NCBI GenBank assembly: GCA_013265495.1 | Contig: MU058423.1 | Span: forward strand, 1,687,061 to 1,751,060 | Direction of reading: 5' to 3' | Source: Vicugna vicugna | Taxonomy: Eukaryota | Length of the DNA stretch: 64,000 nt | Shown here: in pieces, positions 1 to 13,599 of the stretch | Position numbering within the stretch: the stretch's first letter is position 1 | How the letters are laid out: every line of letters starts with the position of its first letter | Position numbers and translations under genes: made by a program | Notes under the pieces: generated by a model | Told to the model about the DNA's origin: nothing | The model's database searches: none | The model's input: only the letters and a program-made list of their open reading frames with translations

Positions 1-1133
1 TGAGGTTCTAAGACCTATCTTTGGAAACTTTGATTTAGGAGGTCTAGGATGGGCCTTGGGAATCACTAGTTCCTGAGTCTCCACAGCTAATTAAATATAA
101 GCCAAAGGCTGAGAGCCATGGGCCTAGACTGCGATAGCCCAACCAGAGTCCGTGGTGGCCATCCAACAGGGATAGGGCTGGCTGAGAGAGCAGCTGACCT
201 TCTCCAAAGGATTCTAAATAAAGCCCTTTGTTTCCCTCTCTGTCATCCTCAAGTGGCAATAGATGAAATCAAGAATAGCAATAATTATATGAAGTTCTTA
301 CTGTGTCCTGTGCACTTTTCCAACATTAGCCCATTCTATTCTCACACCTTCTTTGTGAATCCTAAGGCTCAGTTTCCCCATCTCTAAAATGGAGCTAGCA
401 ACCTCCATGTCAAGCATTTACAAACTATTTCCTTACAAAGTTCTTTACAAAACACTTACAAAAAGTTCCTGTCCTTTGGGTGACATAACTAATATGAGTG
501 GTGATATTATTTTAAGCAGAGCTTTAATTGTTATCATAACTCTCGGTATGAGAAGCAACATAAAGGGTATGCGATGGGAAACGACTCTAGCAGAACTTTT
601 TCCAAACGGGCCAGAATTAGATGTGGAGCTTATAAAGCAGCAGTGTAGCAACACTGGGGAAAATGTGGTGATGAAACCTCTTGTTGGAGGAGAAGAAAAT
701 CCTAGCTGTCTATAACCTTTTCATTTTCTCTGTTTTGACTCCTCCATCTCCTGGGTGCCCTAAGAAAGCTGCTATTACTGTAACTCCTGGCTGCTTCTCT
801 AAAGGGTGGAGCCATGGCATCCTCTCTGAGGGTGGGACTTGGTTGGAGAATCTCCAAACTCAACCAAAGCCAGATGTACTCTGCTGAGAATGGGAAAGGC
901 CCAGTCAAAGTGCAATGCCCAGGCGCAGCTCCAACTCCAAGCCAAGCTGTTCAGATCACCAGCGATGAAGACAGAAAACTCAGAATAAATCCCTAGATTA
1001 TGTCTTGATCAGGAAAGCAGCCCTTGGACCCTTAGAGTTCAAAAATAAAATTGAAAAAAAAGGTGTTAGGCAGCCCTTCGGTGATGAAAGAGAAGCAACG
1101 TGTATCACTTTGGATCCACAGAGCAGACCTAAC

Positions 1134-1608
1134 TTTTTTTTGGAGGGGGGAGGGTTTGCAGAGCCAGCTGAGGCTTTATTCTGAAAAAGACACTCAAGTT
1201 GGCTTTCTGCTAGGGGTATGGGCAAGAGAGGGAAGTCCAGGCAGTCAACCCCTACCAGGGGTGGGCTGAGGATTGGGCCTGAGCCTCAGGTCTCCCGTGC
1301 CGATGCTCTTCTGCATGGCTCCTTCTGCAGGAGCCTTTTACTTGGACTGGACGTCAGATGACTCAGACACCAGCTTCCCATTGCAGGTCTCAATCTTCTT
1401 CACAACCACAGCCTTGGCAAAACTGGTGTGGCTGAGAGAGCCGTCCCCACTGGAGCCCAAGCTGGACTGGAAGGAGCTCAGGCTGTAGGAGGTCCTGTAG
1501 AGCGAGGTCAGCCCACCTGAGTAGTCACTGGTGGTCTTGGTATGGATACTCATGTTCTGCATCCCAGACTCCAGCTGGCTCTCCTCGCCCTCCAGCAGCC
1601 TGCGGTAG
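1134..1608 (-). pseudogene. KRT8: 5'-truncated processed pseudogene of keratin 8 (end of rod, tail domain, 3'UTR, poly(A) remnant)
   Basis: Minus-strand translation YRRLLEGEESQLESGMQNMSIHTKTTSDYSGGL...AVVVKKIETCNGKLVSESSDVQSK matches the KRT8 C-terminus with no introns. AATAAA on the minus strand (tttatt 1175-1180), T-run 1134-1141, degenerate TSD agagcagacctaac (1120-1133) / agagcggacctcat (1609-1622). Confidence 0.93.
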
Positions 1609-3564
1609 AGAGCGGACCTCATTAATCTGCTTTGTTACTATAGCTCAAAGAGCAATCAAATAGTCTGAAAGTGCCATCTCAGACAATTCTTTTGGCTATC
1701 ATATGGCATCTGAAGGAAAGGTCTTCCTTAGCATTAAGGTGGAACTAAGACCACTTCACACATTCCAGTGGGTAGATGGGGGATCCTGGGAGCCTCCCCA
1801 GCACATACCCATATGTTGCAGGAACCAGAGCACCCAGAGCACTTGGGGTGGGGGAATCAACTTACCATCCTGCACAGCATGCTCATCTCCAGGACCAAAT
1901 CAGGACTAATCAGACCAGCCACGTGGAGTCCTTCAGCCTCACCCTCACCTCAGACCTCATTCCTAAGGATCTTAGGAATCTTGGCAGCAAAGGAGTTTCT
2001 GAGTATAAGAGGTGGGCTCTTGGAACGCCCAGCACAAGATCAAGGGGAATGCTCACCACCCTCAAGGGAGAAGCCATGTCTGCAGGGAGCAGAGTCATGC
2101 TGCTCTAATGCCAGCCTCCCACGCCATCCCCCGCGCTGATCCACATCAGTGGATATCAGAAAGCTGCCTCTTGTTAGACTCTTGGATCCCTCCTCTCTCC
2201 TAACATCAACCCCAGGAAGCCTGGGAAAGCATAGGGATTAGAGCTGAGCCAGGAGGGAGAAAGGTGGGGAACCAGTGCTAAGCTGCAGAGAGATTTACTT
2301 TGACAAATGAGCAAAAAAAAAAAAAAAAAGTGAAATATCTGCTCACAGTAGGCTGAGATGAGCAGATTGGTGAGCTCTGTTGGTGACTAAGGACAGCTGT
2401 AAACATATTTCTAAAACCCGGATAATTTTGAATTTGTTTTTCTCTTTTGAAAAGAAAAATATATATATTTGGACTAATTTTTTTCTCTTTCTGGACGTAG
2501 CATTATCTGGCTTCCTCCACAATAAGCCCCCAAATAGAACGAATGTGTGAGAGGTGGGAGCATTGAGGACAGCCCAAAACCAAAATTAGAACCAAGCCCT
2601 GGGAGGCAGCAGAATCCCAGATTTTTCACAAAATCTGCTCTTCGAATCTGGCTTCCAAAGCACTGCTCTTTTGCTAAACTGGCAACATTTGCTACTAAGA
2701 GCCTCAACAGTATCTTACGCTTGTCAGTTTGGTTTCCTTGGCAATCTCAACCTGATTTGAAACTGCTATTTGTTGCATTTCTCAACCCCCATTAGCTGCC
2801 CTCCCTATACCCCTTGATTTCTCATTTTCCTCTCTCCTCTCCTGCTTGTCACATTTTTAGCAGGCCATAAACCTTGATTGCAGAGGGAAAAGAAGGCAAG
2901 GAAAACTTTATTTTTATTTCCCAGCTGTGAATTATGTGAAACAAACCATCCTTGGGAAAGATAGGGCTAACCAGCTGAAGTGGGCAATTTGTAGGGAACA
3001 GCATGGTCTGGCAGGGATGAGTTCATTGAGCACCAGGGTGCTCAGATCTTATTTCTGTGCCCAAAGATTTTCTTCATCTGGTTTGCTGATGAATTTGTGA
3101 ATCTTATCTCTCAAGGCAGGCTCTATGTGTCCAGTCATTTTTCTTGTTCTTCCCCTGATGGGATACTTCTCTGCAGCCAGCGTCCTTTGTGTAAAGGGGA
3201 AATTCAGATGGGATGGAAATTTTTCCCAATTAGTTCCAGCCCTTTAGGTGACTCTTCAACCCAGGTAGAACTGGTATGGATAAAATTGTCTAGCTCAGCA
3301 AACCCAGGAGTCTCGGCAGTCAGAGATGTGCTACAGAAATTAATCCAGGCCAGTATAAAGGTCTGAGTAATGGACAAAGTGCTGTGTGGGCACTTACTAT
3401 TCACTGATTCAAATTGAATTAAACTGATCCAGGACCAACTGTTGATACGCAGCTGTCTCTGTCCAATGGCCAGTTCACCCACTCAAGTGAGATGCTGAGT
3501 GCCAATATTTTACTTCCAGTAAAAATGGGTAAACACTTTTAGAGAATATCAGATTGAATATACA

Positions 3565-3740
3565 ACAGGTATTGTGCTAGGTACTCTGTGTATCTTATCT
3601 CATTTAATCCTCATAATCAGCTTGTAAACTGGTTGTTATCATCCCTTAATAACAGATGAGGAAATTGAAGGCTCAGAGAGATTTAGGAAACCAGGGAGTT
3701 AGGATTTAAATCCTGTCTTTGGACTTAGAGTCCTGAGTTC
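3565..3740 (-). mobile_element. MIR SINE fragment
   Basis: catttaatcctcataa...acagatgaggaaattgaaggctcagagag is the reverse of the MIR core. Confidence 0.75.
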
Positions 3741-3769
3741 TCCCTGTTACCCTGAAGTTCCTCCAGGCT

Positions 3770-3860
3770 TTGTTTTTTTATGGCAGTACCAAGTGTTGAA
3801 AACAGGACCTCATGCATGCTAAGCATGTGCCCTACCACTGAGCTACTTCTCTTTCCCCCA
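3770..3860 (-). mobile_element. Short tRNA-derived SINE (camelid Vic-1-like)
   Basis: Minus strand reads tagctcagtggtagggcacatgcttagcatgcatgaggtcctg...ataaaaaaac. TSD aagttcctccaggct (3755-3769) / aagctcctccagact (3861-3875). Confidence 0.85.
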
Positions 3861-4711
3861 AAGCTCCTCCAGACTGCTACCTACACATACACTGGGCAGG
3901 ATTTAGACTATAAAAGCCTGGAGTTAGAGGCCCACCTAATGAAATAACCTGTAAACAAACCAACAGCAAGAATATAAGCATTAACCAAAAGAAGAATATA
4001 ATATCTCATCCCAACATAGTAGGCAAAGTTGTAAATATAAAATTCTACTTTTTGTTTTAAGCAATTTATGTTATTTAGTAAAATTAGAGTATATTATGGG
4101 AGTTATCAGTGAAGAGTTTAGATACTTTTATTTACAGTTTTCCATAATTTTTAAGACTTTATAAGAGAAGAATATGATTTTAAAATTGCCTAGTGAATTT
4201 GGAATTGTTAAAAAAAAACCCAATATATACAATTGAGGGTGATGATGTTAAAATGACACCCTAGCACATAATCCCCAGTGCATATTGAGGATAAATAAAC
4301 AGTGCTCTCTATAAAGATAGGTCTGAGAAGAAGGGTTTTGAACTTAGCCATAAGGAAATGAACCGGAACACATGCAAATGTGCCCATCAGTCCAGACTCT
4401 ATATCTGTTTATAAAAAATAACAAAATGGAGTTGATTATGCTGGAAGTCCTCAGAGTAGAAATGTCACAAACATATACACAGAAAAAGTAAGTATGGAGC
4501 TCTGGCAGAGGAGCTAAAGCAAATATGAAAACTGAGAAATATTGAAGCAAGCCAATTGTGTCTAAAACTGCGGTGGCCTGACATGCCCTATTAAGTGTCT
4601 GGGGACTGAGGCTCGGCACTGGTTTGGGATCAGTTCAGAAAATCAGACACTCATCAAATCATTAGGAAAAGTTTGTACCAAAAGTAGAATTCTATAAATA
4701 TACTTGGCTAA

Positions 4712-5229
4712 AGATATGGAAACCACCCAAATGTCCATCGACAGATGACTGGATAAAAAGATGTGCGGTGTGTGTGTGTGTGTGTGTGTAAATAAAATAT
4801 ATGGAATATTACTCAGTCATAAAAAATGCCATTTGCAGCAACATGGATGGACCTGGAGATCATCATATTAAGTGAAGTGAGCCAGAAAGAGAAAGAAAAA
4901 TGCCATATGATATTGCTTATATGTGGAATCTAAAAAAAAAAAAAACAGGACACAAATGAACTTATCCACAAAACAGAAACAACCTCATAGACATAGAGAA
5001 CAAACTTACGGTTACCAGGGGATAAAAGGGGTGGGAAGGGATAAATTGGGAATTCAAAAATTGCACCTCTTGGGAAGTGATGGAAATGTTAGCTATCTTG
5101 ATTGTGGTAGTGGTTTCATTGGCGCATACATCTATCAAAATTCATCAAATTGTACATTTGAAATATGTGTATTTTACTGTACAGGAACCATACCAAATAA
5201 AGGTGTTAAAAATATACATACATATATAT
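4712..5229 (+). mobile_element. Composite L1 insertion: younger L1 ORF2 end/3'UTR (~4712-5064) joined to an ancient L1M-type 3' tail (~5065-5210)
   Basis: aaatgtccatcgacagatgactggataaa...gcagcaacatggatggacctggag, then gtgatggaaatgttagctatcttgattgtggtagtgg, AATAAA at 5196. Perfect TSD atatacttggctaa at 4698-4711 and 5230-5243. Confidence 0.85.
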
Positions 5230-8200
5230 ATATACTTGGCTAACATATGCCAATATAATAATGATTTAAGAGTGCCAGAAAACAATAATTATTAGTACTA
5301 TTATTAATAATCATCTTTTAAAAATAATATATATACATATACTTGAATATATCATATTTATTGCATTTATAATATGCATAAATATTATGTATAATTATAT
5401 ATATACTATAGATAGATGATAGATAAATAGATGTAAGACAGTATTGTGTGAGGTGCTTTGATGTTTTAAGAATATTATCCCTAATTTTTTACATTTTAAA
5501 CAGCTAGTTTAAGAATTTGATTAAACCAACATCCTCCAAAGGTAGCTCTAATGTTCAGGTCACTTTTCCCATTTGTAAGATTGAACCTCAACCTGTCTCA
5601 AAAAGCAAGTATCCAGCAAGCCATCAAGCAAGCCATCATCACAGCTTTTAAATGAAAAAAAAATGCAAGTGCTAAAATGTATTAGTACTTTTTGCTGGCT
5701 GCCCAATTTTCAGGAGCTATAATAAACGTTATATTTTAAACACACATTAATTTAACTATGGTCTTGGTTTTCACTTTTGTAACAATTACTCTTCTCACAT
5801 TCTGTGTTGATTTCTTATGCTAAATGCTTGGCAGATGTGTAATCGACATATAAATTGGTCCTTGCATATCTAGCCAAAATTATTTTTGACAGCCTTTCAT
5901 ACCAGGCAGAATTCTCCAATAGTCTGTTTTTGGAGCCCAAGGCAACATTCAGGAAAATAAATCAGATAAATACAGCCATTTACAATGGTCCAACACATTT
6001 ATTGTGAATGCTGCTATTCTCAGCATTTATCATATTAATACTTTAAAGCTGTGCAGATTTATATTAGAAAGAACTGGAAATGTTTAATCAGGATTTTTAA
6101 TCTCTTGAGCATCTTTTAAAACATCACACAGAAATTTGATGGCAATGAGTTTAACAATGACTATCAGCACTAAGGATTATTATAATATTAATTGAAGTTC
6201 CATTCCTTCAGTTTAATGCAGTTCTAAGGAGGAAAAAATGACCAAAGTCAAACCACAAAAAGAAACGAAATCACTACTTGGTAATATTCCATAAGCCAGA
6301 TAAAGATAGGCTAAAAGACACGTTTATCTCCTGCCAGAGGCAGTTTCTTTGGCCTGCTCACATCCTAATCGAAATTCTGGCCTTAACTGTGGTTCCCATT
6401 AAGAGCCAGGCTATTTCACATACACTAGTTGATGGTGTAGCTGAAAACAAAATTGGCCCCATAATATGTTTTTGTGCTACTAGTCTCTGGTTGATAAAGT
6501 GCAGCAGCCCACACGAGTTAGTGGTCATGCATCACTGTCCTGCATGCTTTTATTATGTCTTCTTGTCTCCTAAGCAGGAGTGGCAGCTGATGGGTGTTTT
6601 TAGTTGGTGTCACAGGTTCAGAAACCTCGGAATATTGCATCCTTAATGGGCAGTACACCAGGGACAGTATTGCAAATCAATTAGATATATTTCATATTAG
6701 AAATTAAGTTACCTGATTTCCAACATGTCTTCTGTTCTTGAAGAATGATACATTTATCTTCCTGGTTATTTGGCAGAAATTGGAACAACTGGGATTGAAG
6801 ACTGTTTTCTGACTTTAAAGAATTCATCTGTCTTAGCAACTGAAACTGCTTTATATTCTAGCCCCAGAGCAGAAAGGCCCTGCTTTTCCCTGCCCTATAT
6901 TATACAGGAGTGTTATGGATTTTTATTGCATTTGTGCAAACTCCAAACTGTGTGAAAGGGCCATCTAAATAAGTAAATATCTTACTAAAGCTGCTATAAA
7001 GCCGTGGGGAAGGGTGGGTGGAAATAAAGCTGTAGCGATAATGATTTCAGAAATATTAATCTGTCTTTATATTATTGTCATATTGAAATGTACAATTTGA
7101 AATCCATTACCTTATTCTCCTGAGGGTCATATTTGGGTGCAAAGAAGCATTGATCTTGCACTTCACACTCTGAGAGATTTTATAGGCCTGGTACATAATG
7201 TAAATTTCTAAATATGTTAAAATGGGAGGAAATTACATAAGTGGTTGCAGACTATGACCAAGACTGCATTCAGGCAGCAAAAAAAAAAGTTAAAATTCAT
7301 CAGTGAGCTGGCTCCTTTGGTCAATATAGGAAATGAATAATTCATTAAACATTCTATTAATATCTTTGGAGGCCTACTACAGAGAAAAGCACTCGCTCAG
7401 GCACTGAGGAGGGTAATGTTGAAGAAGACACGGCTCTTGCCCGTATCATCTAAATGGAGAGATTATACCATCGACCTATTTTTGGAGTTTCCTAAACATG
7501 TTCCTTTACTGAAACAGGAAATCATTCACCAGGTGAATTAAGAAAACCTGGCACACTGCATGTTACACATTTCTTGGTCTTGCTATCAATTTTCTGTTAC
7601 CATGTTTATTACTTTAGGAAAGTAAACTCAGAAAACCCCGTTTACAATACATTTTATGTGGCATATATTTAAGATCTTTGACTGCCAAAGGCAATCTGGA
7701 CTCAGTAACAACTGACCCGAAATATTCCAGTAATCTGACCATCCTCAGCTTTTCCTCTGACTCAGGTGCACAGTATTTTAACAAGTAAGAGCTGTTCGCT
7801 TATTTGTTTCTCAATATTCCAGCTTGATAATGTAGCTGGACCATTCATGAAGCACAAAAGTACTCAGATGCACTTAAAAACACTCTCAGTTTACATATTT
7901 GAATATGAGCCTCTGGAACAGTCCCTCTAGTTGGCACCTTTGATTCCATCCTTCATGGTGAGGTGGGCCCAGAGCCCTCGTGCTTCAGAATTAGAGTTAA
8001 TTGAGTTTTAGCCCATTTGTTTAGAAATCAACCTTACAAGGGAGGTGTCAGGAATACTTAGCAATGTATTATCTCCCAAAACTATGCAGCCAGTGTTTCC
8101 TGGGCACAAAGGAGCACTTATGTTCATTAACAAAACGTATCACCACAGCACGGTCAATTCCTACAATCTCTTAAATGTTGACATTTGGGGGTTGAATCTC

Positions 8201-8781
8201 TCCTTCCAGATTTTGCTGTTTTATTCTTCTGAGTGCAGGAAAGTGGTTCCCTGTACCCATCTCTGAAGGCTATCATCCTGCAAGGGTCTAACCTGTCCGG
8301 GCTTCTCCTCAACATGGTGGCATAGGAAGGAGGATCAGCCATATTCCTAGTGTGAAGAACTATGTCCAGTCTCGTCCACACTGGGGTTGATGTAGCAGTG
8401 GAAGTCCAGACAGCTTGATACTGACTAGGGGGACAGTTGGTGGTACAGGTAGCAAGGCCAGTCTCCCAAGGAGGAGCCTGGTAGGAGCTGATAGGGAGGT
8501 GGTCCACTTTTAACAAAAGGAAAATGAGGCAAAACTCAAGTCTTAAGAATTGGATGAGTAGGACAGGAGGTGGGCAGACAACAACTGGATAGACATGCAG
8601 CTACTTTAGGGCTCACATTAGCATATCAGAATTAGGGTTTACGACCTGCTCCAGACCCCGTAAGCTGGTGGTGTTGAAATTGCTACCCTAACTGGAATGG
8701 GTTCAAGGATCACAGAGCACCCGAGCGTTAAGTGTAGACTCTTCAATGTAGTGGTTGAAGGCAGAGATTGTCAGGCTCTCC

Positions 8782-8795
8782 CCAGCAGGGGGCAC
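8782..8795 (+). promoter_or_regulatory. Candidate CTCF site (forward)
   Basis: CCAGCAGGGGGCAC matches the CCASYAGRKGGCRS core exactly. Confidence 0.6.
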
Positions 8796-9249
8796 CAGCA
8801 GAGTCATCAAAAGCGCGGAATCTCAGTTCTGCTAAGCCTCTCTCTCTGCCCTGGGATTTACGGGCCCAAAGGATAGGATTTTCTAGGGAAGAGATCTTGC
8901 CTTATGCGTTGACAGATAAGTCAGGAAGCTACAGAAAGTCTGTAGGAGTAAAAAGGCTAAAAGGAAAAAGAAGGAAACCAGAGAGGTAGGCAGAGAAGTC
9001 AGCTAATGCAAAAAGAGCCCCGGGGGTGCTGCAGATACAGGCCGGACTGAGAGGGGGCCCAGGGAGGTCAGGTAGGGCAGGAGTCTCAGGCAGTCTGAGA
9101 GCAGGACTCGTGTTTCGTCCATCTTTGATTTCAGGTGAATAACAAGTAGAGGTATCATGGGAAAGAAAGAAAGGAGGAACAGAGGAAAGAAGATCACTAA
9201 ATAAATGCGTAAACTAATAAAGAAGAAAAGTAGGGATAAAAGTTAATGG

Positions 9250-9375
9250 AATCTGGCTGGAAATTAGTAACATTAGATTCTGTTCTGACTCTGTCACTAA
9301 TTAAATGCTGGACTTTGAGTAGAAATTACTTGTATCTTGAGACTATAATTACTCCATCAATAAAATGTATGAGAT
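9250..9375 (+). mobile_element. MIR fragment adjacent to an L1 insertion
   Basis: tctgactctgtcactaattaaatgctggactttgag...ccatcaataaaatg resembles the MIR core. Confidence 0.5.
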
Positions 9376-9384
9376 ATTTTTATC

Positions 9385-9850
9385 TTTCTTTTTTATTGAA
9401 GTATAGATGATTTACAATGTTTCAGGTGTACAGCAAATTGATTCAGATATATATATATATATATCAAGATACATATATATTACAAGATATTGAATATACT
9501 TCCCTGCCTTGTATAGTAGGTTCTCATTTTTTTCTTTTTTATATATGATAGTATGTATTTGTTAATCCCAAATTCCAAATTTATCCTTCACCCCCCATTC
9601 CCCTTTGGTAGTCATAAGTTTGTTTTCTATGTCTATGAGTCTATTTCTGTTTTGTAAGTTCATTTGTATCATTTTTTAAGTTCCACATATAAGTGATATG
9701 AAATAATATTTGTCTTTCTCTGTTTGACTTACTTCATTTAGTAGGATAACCCCTAGGTCCATCCATGTTGCTGCAGACAGCATTATTTCATTCTTTTTTA
9801 TGGCTGAGTAGTATTCCATTGTATATATGTACCACATATTTATCCATTCA
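9385..9850 (-). mobile_element. L1 3' end fragment
   Basis: ttttattgaagtatagatgatttacaatg...gttccacatataagtgatat...ggctgagtagtattccattg is the typical reverse-strand L1 3'UTR/ORF2 end. Confidence 0.9.
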
Positions 9851-12843
9851 AGGCTAGATCATCTTTTTTTCTTGAAGTTTAACAAATATTTTTTGCATGT
9901 CTACTAACTGCAAAGCATCGAGTTTTGAAGAGACTGAGATGATAATACTCTAAACTAGGAAATATCAGAGCTCCAGTTCTAAAGGGTTCCCTTTGTTCTG
10001 TGACTAGTTTTGTAAGCCTTGCTAAGAATGAGTGCTACTGGGCCACAGCTTGATTAAAGCCAGAGGTGAGAGGTCTATCCTCCTCTGACACATACAACAG
10101 ATAAAGGGTTTGCATTACATGTGGACTTTACTAATCAGAATATTATGATTTTGCAGTCATCTCCCCCACTCCCTCCACCTATGCATTTGTTGTGTGAAAA
10201 GTGTGAGTGGATGAACAACAATTGAGCACCTAATGTACGTAAGATGAGGAACTGAGTATTTTCACATACATAATTCTGATTTAACTCTCATCTCATGTGG
10301 CTTAGATAACTTTTTTTGTATTATTTTATGGGTGAAAAACTGAGACAGAGAGGGAAAAATGGATTTGTCAAGGTCACTTTACCCCTAACTCCAGATAGTT
10401 TGAATCCAAGGCTAGAACCCTCTCTGCTACATTATAGCACATCTTAACATTAGCTTGTTCTGAATAACATAGTGGATAAACATGCTGAAATAGTAGGCTT
10501 TTTCTGAAAGCCAATCTTTGCCATAAAAGCATTTGGCAGGAAGTTCTGTTCACATGCACACTGAAGTTGGCATCTTGCTGGTGGATTTATAAATTCAAAT
10601 GAAGTTTGATGGGGTGGGAAATCAAGGCAATTTATCCTGTATAAAACATATATACTATATATATATATCCCCATTTTACATTCACATGAATTGATATATA
10701 TAGTATATATATATATATAAAACTGATAAATATTTAAATGTATATCTGATTTTATATATTATATATATATCAGTTCATTTGAGTGACTATGTAAACAATG
10801 GGCTTCAGTTTAAATTGGTTTAGCATTTCCAGCTGTGCACATGAACCCATGTAACTCAGTCACGAGGCATTCTAGGACTGCAGTTGGCTGGTAAGGTTAT
10901 GGAGGGAAGTCGGGAATGGTAAGGTTGCAGGCTAGGATAATAAACTCAGCTTTAGGACAGGTTCCAAGGAAGAGTGTCCAACTTCCCAAGTCTTAAATCC
11001 TAGGGGGAAGAATAAAATCTGGGTGCAAGCTGGGAAATTCACAATAGCCACGGGGTCCAAGCTAGCGGAAGATGCAGGGCCACAGGACGCACAAGGCTGT
11101 GGTAAGCCTGGTAGTCTAGGGGGTAGAATCTGTGGAGCTCCCAGAGGCTCATCTGGCATAAATAAGAACTCCAGTCTATGGCAGGGTTCAGCCTTTTGGG
11201 GGCCTAATAAGAGCTAAAAAGAGAAATGGGATCTCAAACAAGAGAGTCAAGGTTTCAAGGATGGGGTTTTGGTCTCAATGGGCAAACTGCAGAGACAGTA
11301 GCAAGCTAAGGTAGAGGTTTGGTCCTATTGCCAGGCAAAACATGGCAGGGGTTTGGAACAGGATGAAGCTATAGGCAATGGGGGGCCCATCCCAGGCACA
11401 CTGGGCTCTTAGGGCAACAAGATAGATTCTAGACCTACCGCCATAGGTGAGGGTAGGAAAGAGACATCCAATATATTCTGACAAGTTTGTTTAGAACTGG
11501 CTCAAGAACTGAGTTGCCCTGAGTGAAGACTATAAATGAAGATTTTCAAAATTTACAGCTGAGTCTGGGTTGGGATGGGATTGACATGTCACAACATGGT
11601 TTAGTTTTATTTACACCCATTTTCTAACCGAGTGACATAACTTTTGCATTTTATCTCAGGTGTGATGAAACCCCCAAAGAGTTGCATTCATATTCTTCTG
11701 TCATTATAGTCCTCAGTATTAACTGGATCATTCTGGGCCTTTATACACTTTCATTAACATTATTACTATTGTAATGCTGTTCTATAGACTTGTTCTTGAA
11801 TTGCTTTGTCAACATCATTGCAAAACCTAATTGACAAAGTAATTACCTGTAACATTATGTCTGTAGATTAATAAAATATGTTTTGGTTTTCACCAGAATG
11901 TCAATATAAAGAAACCTCAAGCAAAATTCCCCCTTGACTTTACAGTATTTCTATAGATTTCCATAAATACCTGCTAAAGCTTTGTAAATTTTATGTCAAT
12001 TTATGCTCAGCAGTTCATACTAATATCAACTCAATCAGGTCATTAAAATAATCCCTTTTAGCTCCTGAAATTAATCTTACTGGGGCTCACCTATAGCCTC
12101 ACAATAAATTACCTCACAGAAGGAACATGAGGACGCACATAAAAGGAATTTTCTATATATTTTAAAATATTCTCAGTCAAATCCATTTTGCAAAAAAAAA
12201 AACAAACAGAAAACACTGTGAAAGCATCATTTGTAATGCACATCTTGTAAGGGAAAGTTAATATATTTTGTAGTGTTCTAAAGCCACTCAATTGCTCCTA
12301 CAAATGTTAAGATTCCCATCTGCGAACAAATAATTGGTGCATACTGGGGAGCTTTACTGCTTGTCTCATCATTAATTGCACATTTCATCTATGATTAGAG
12401 GTATGACTGTGCCTGATTTTTCAATAAATTACCCAGAACCAGAAAAAGCCATGCAGGTGTTTCAATGTCTGATTGCAGTCTCTTATACACAGAGGTTCAA
12501 GAAGAAACTTTGGATTTATGTAAATGCATACCCTAACATAATAGTTTTAACTCTTTGGTTGGCCTATTTGCTGACAGAATTCCAGTCTTCTCTTAATATA
12601 AAAAAATTTTTTTTCCTGAAAATCACCCTGCCATGTGAGAACACAGACTGCTGGGTCATTCTGAGAGCCATCCTAATTCCCATCAGGACCCCAAACCCCA
12701 GTATTCTTCATCTACTTCTGGAATAACTTCATTCCTGTATATGGCATCTTTCTTTCTTCTTAAAAATGGTACAAATTCAGGAGCACTCATTTTTAACCTT
12801 TGCGTTGAGGAACAGGACTAATATGTTCATTATGGTCTATCAG

Positions 12844-13223
12844 GGATTTTTTGTAATTTTTATTGAAGTATAGTTGATTTACAATATTACTTTCATGTGT
12901 ACATCAAAGTAATTCAGTTATACATTTTTTTCAGATTCTTTTCCATTATAGGTGATTACAAGAAATTGAATATAGTTCTATGTGCTATACAGTAGGACCT
13001 ATACAGTAGGACCTATTTTATATATAGTAATGTGTATTAATCTGCAACCCCTAATTTATTCCTCCCCATACTTTCCCCTTTGGTAACCAAAATTTGTTTT
13101 CTATGTCCATGAGTCTGTTTTTGGTTTGTAAATGGAATTTGTATCATTTTTTTTTAGGTTCCACATATAAGTGATATCGTATGATATTTATCTTTCCCTG
13201 TCTGACTTACTTCACTCAAGACG
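12844..13223 (-). mobile_element. 5'-truncated L1 3' end with TSD
   Basis: Reverse-strand L1 3'UTR, TSD ggtctatcag at 12834-12843 and 13224-13233, internal 14-bp tandem duplication ctatacagtaggac. Confidence 0.9.
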
Positions 13224-13369
13224 GGTCTATCAGTTTTTTAATAAATAAGCATTCATGCTTCATGATCATTTTTCTGCTATTATACTATTCAAAAAGCATG
13301 TAACATATATCAGCACCATAATGCTACTGGAAATATGAAGATGAATCCTCACAGATGTGGTCTAAGGTA

Positions 13370-13580
13370 GGGCTTGAAAAGGTGGACTTCTCAGTTTGAA
13401 TCCTGGTTCTGTCATTTCCTGGCTATGTGATCTTGTCACCCTGCACTCAGTTTCTCCATGTGTGAAATAGTGCAAGAGTAATATTACCCACCTACGGCGC
13501 TGTTGAAGTTTACTGCATAAAACGTGCTTAGCACAGTCCTGACTTAGCACAGTGTATTCACTGCTCCCTATCTTGGCTAT
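13370..13580 (+). mobile_element. MIR SINE
   Basis: tttgaatcctggttctgtcatttcctggctatgtgatcttg...ctcagtttctccatgtgtgaaatag...gcttagcacagt. Confidence 0.75.
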
Positions 13581-13599
13581 TAGTATAAGGGAGTGCACA

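Noticed and set aside
8154..8516. 120-aa minus-strand ORF with coding-like composition (possible old retrocopy)
   Set aside because: I could not match any frame to a known protein and saw no TSD or poly(A). A BLASTX/BLASTN search would be needed.
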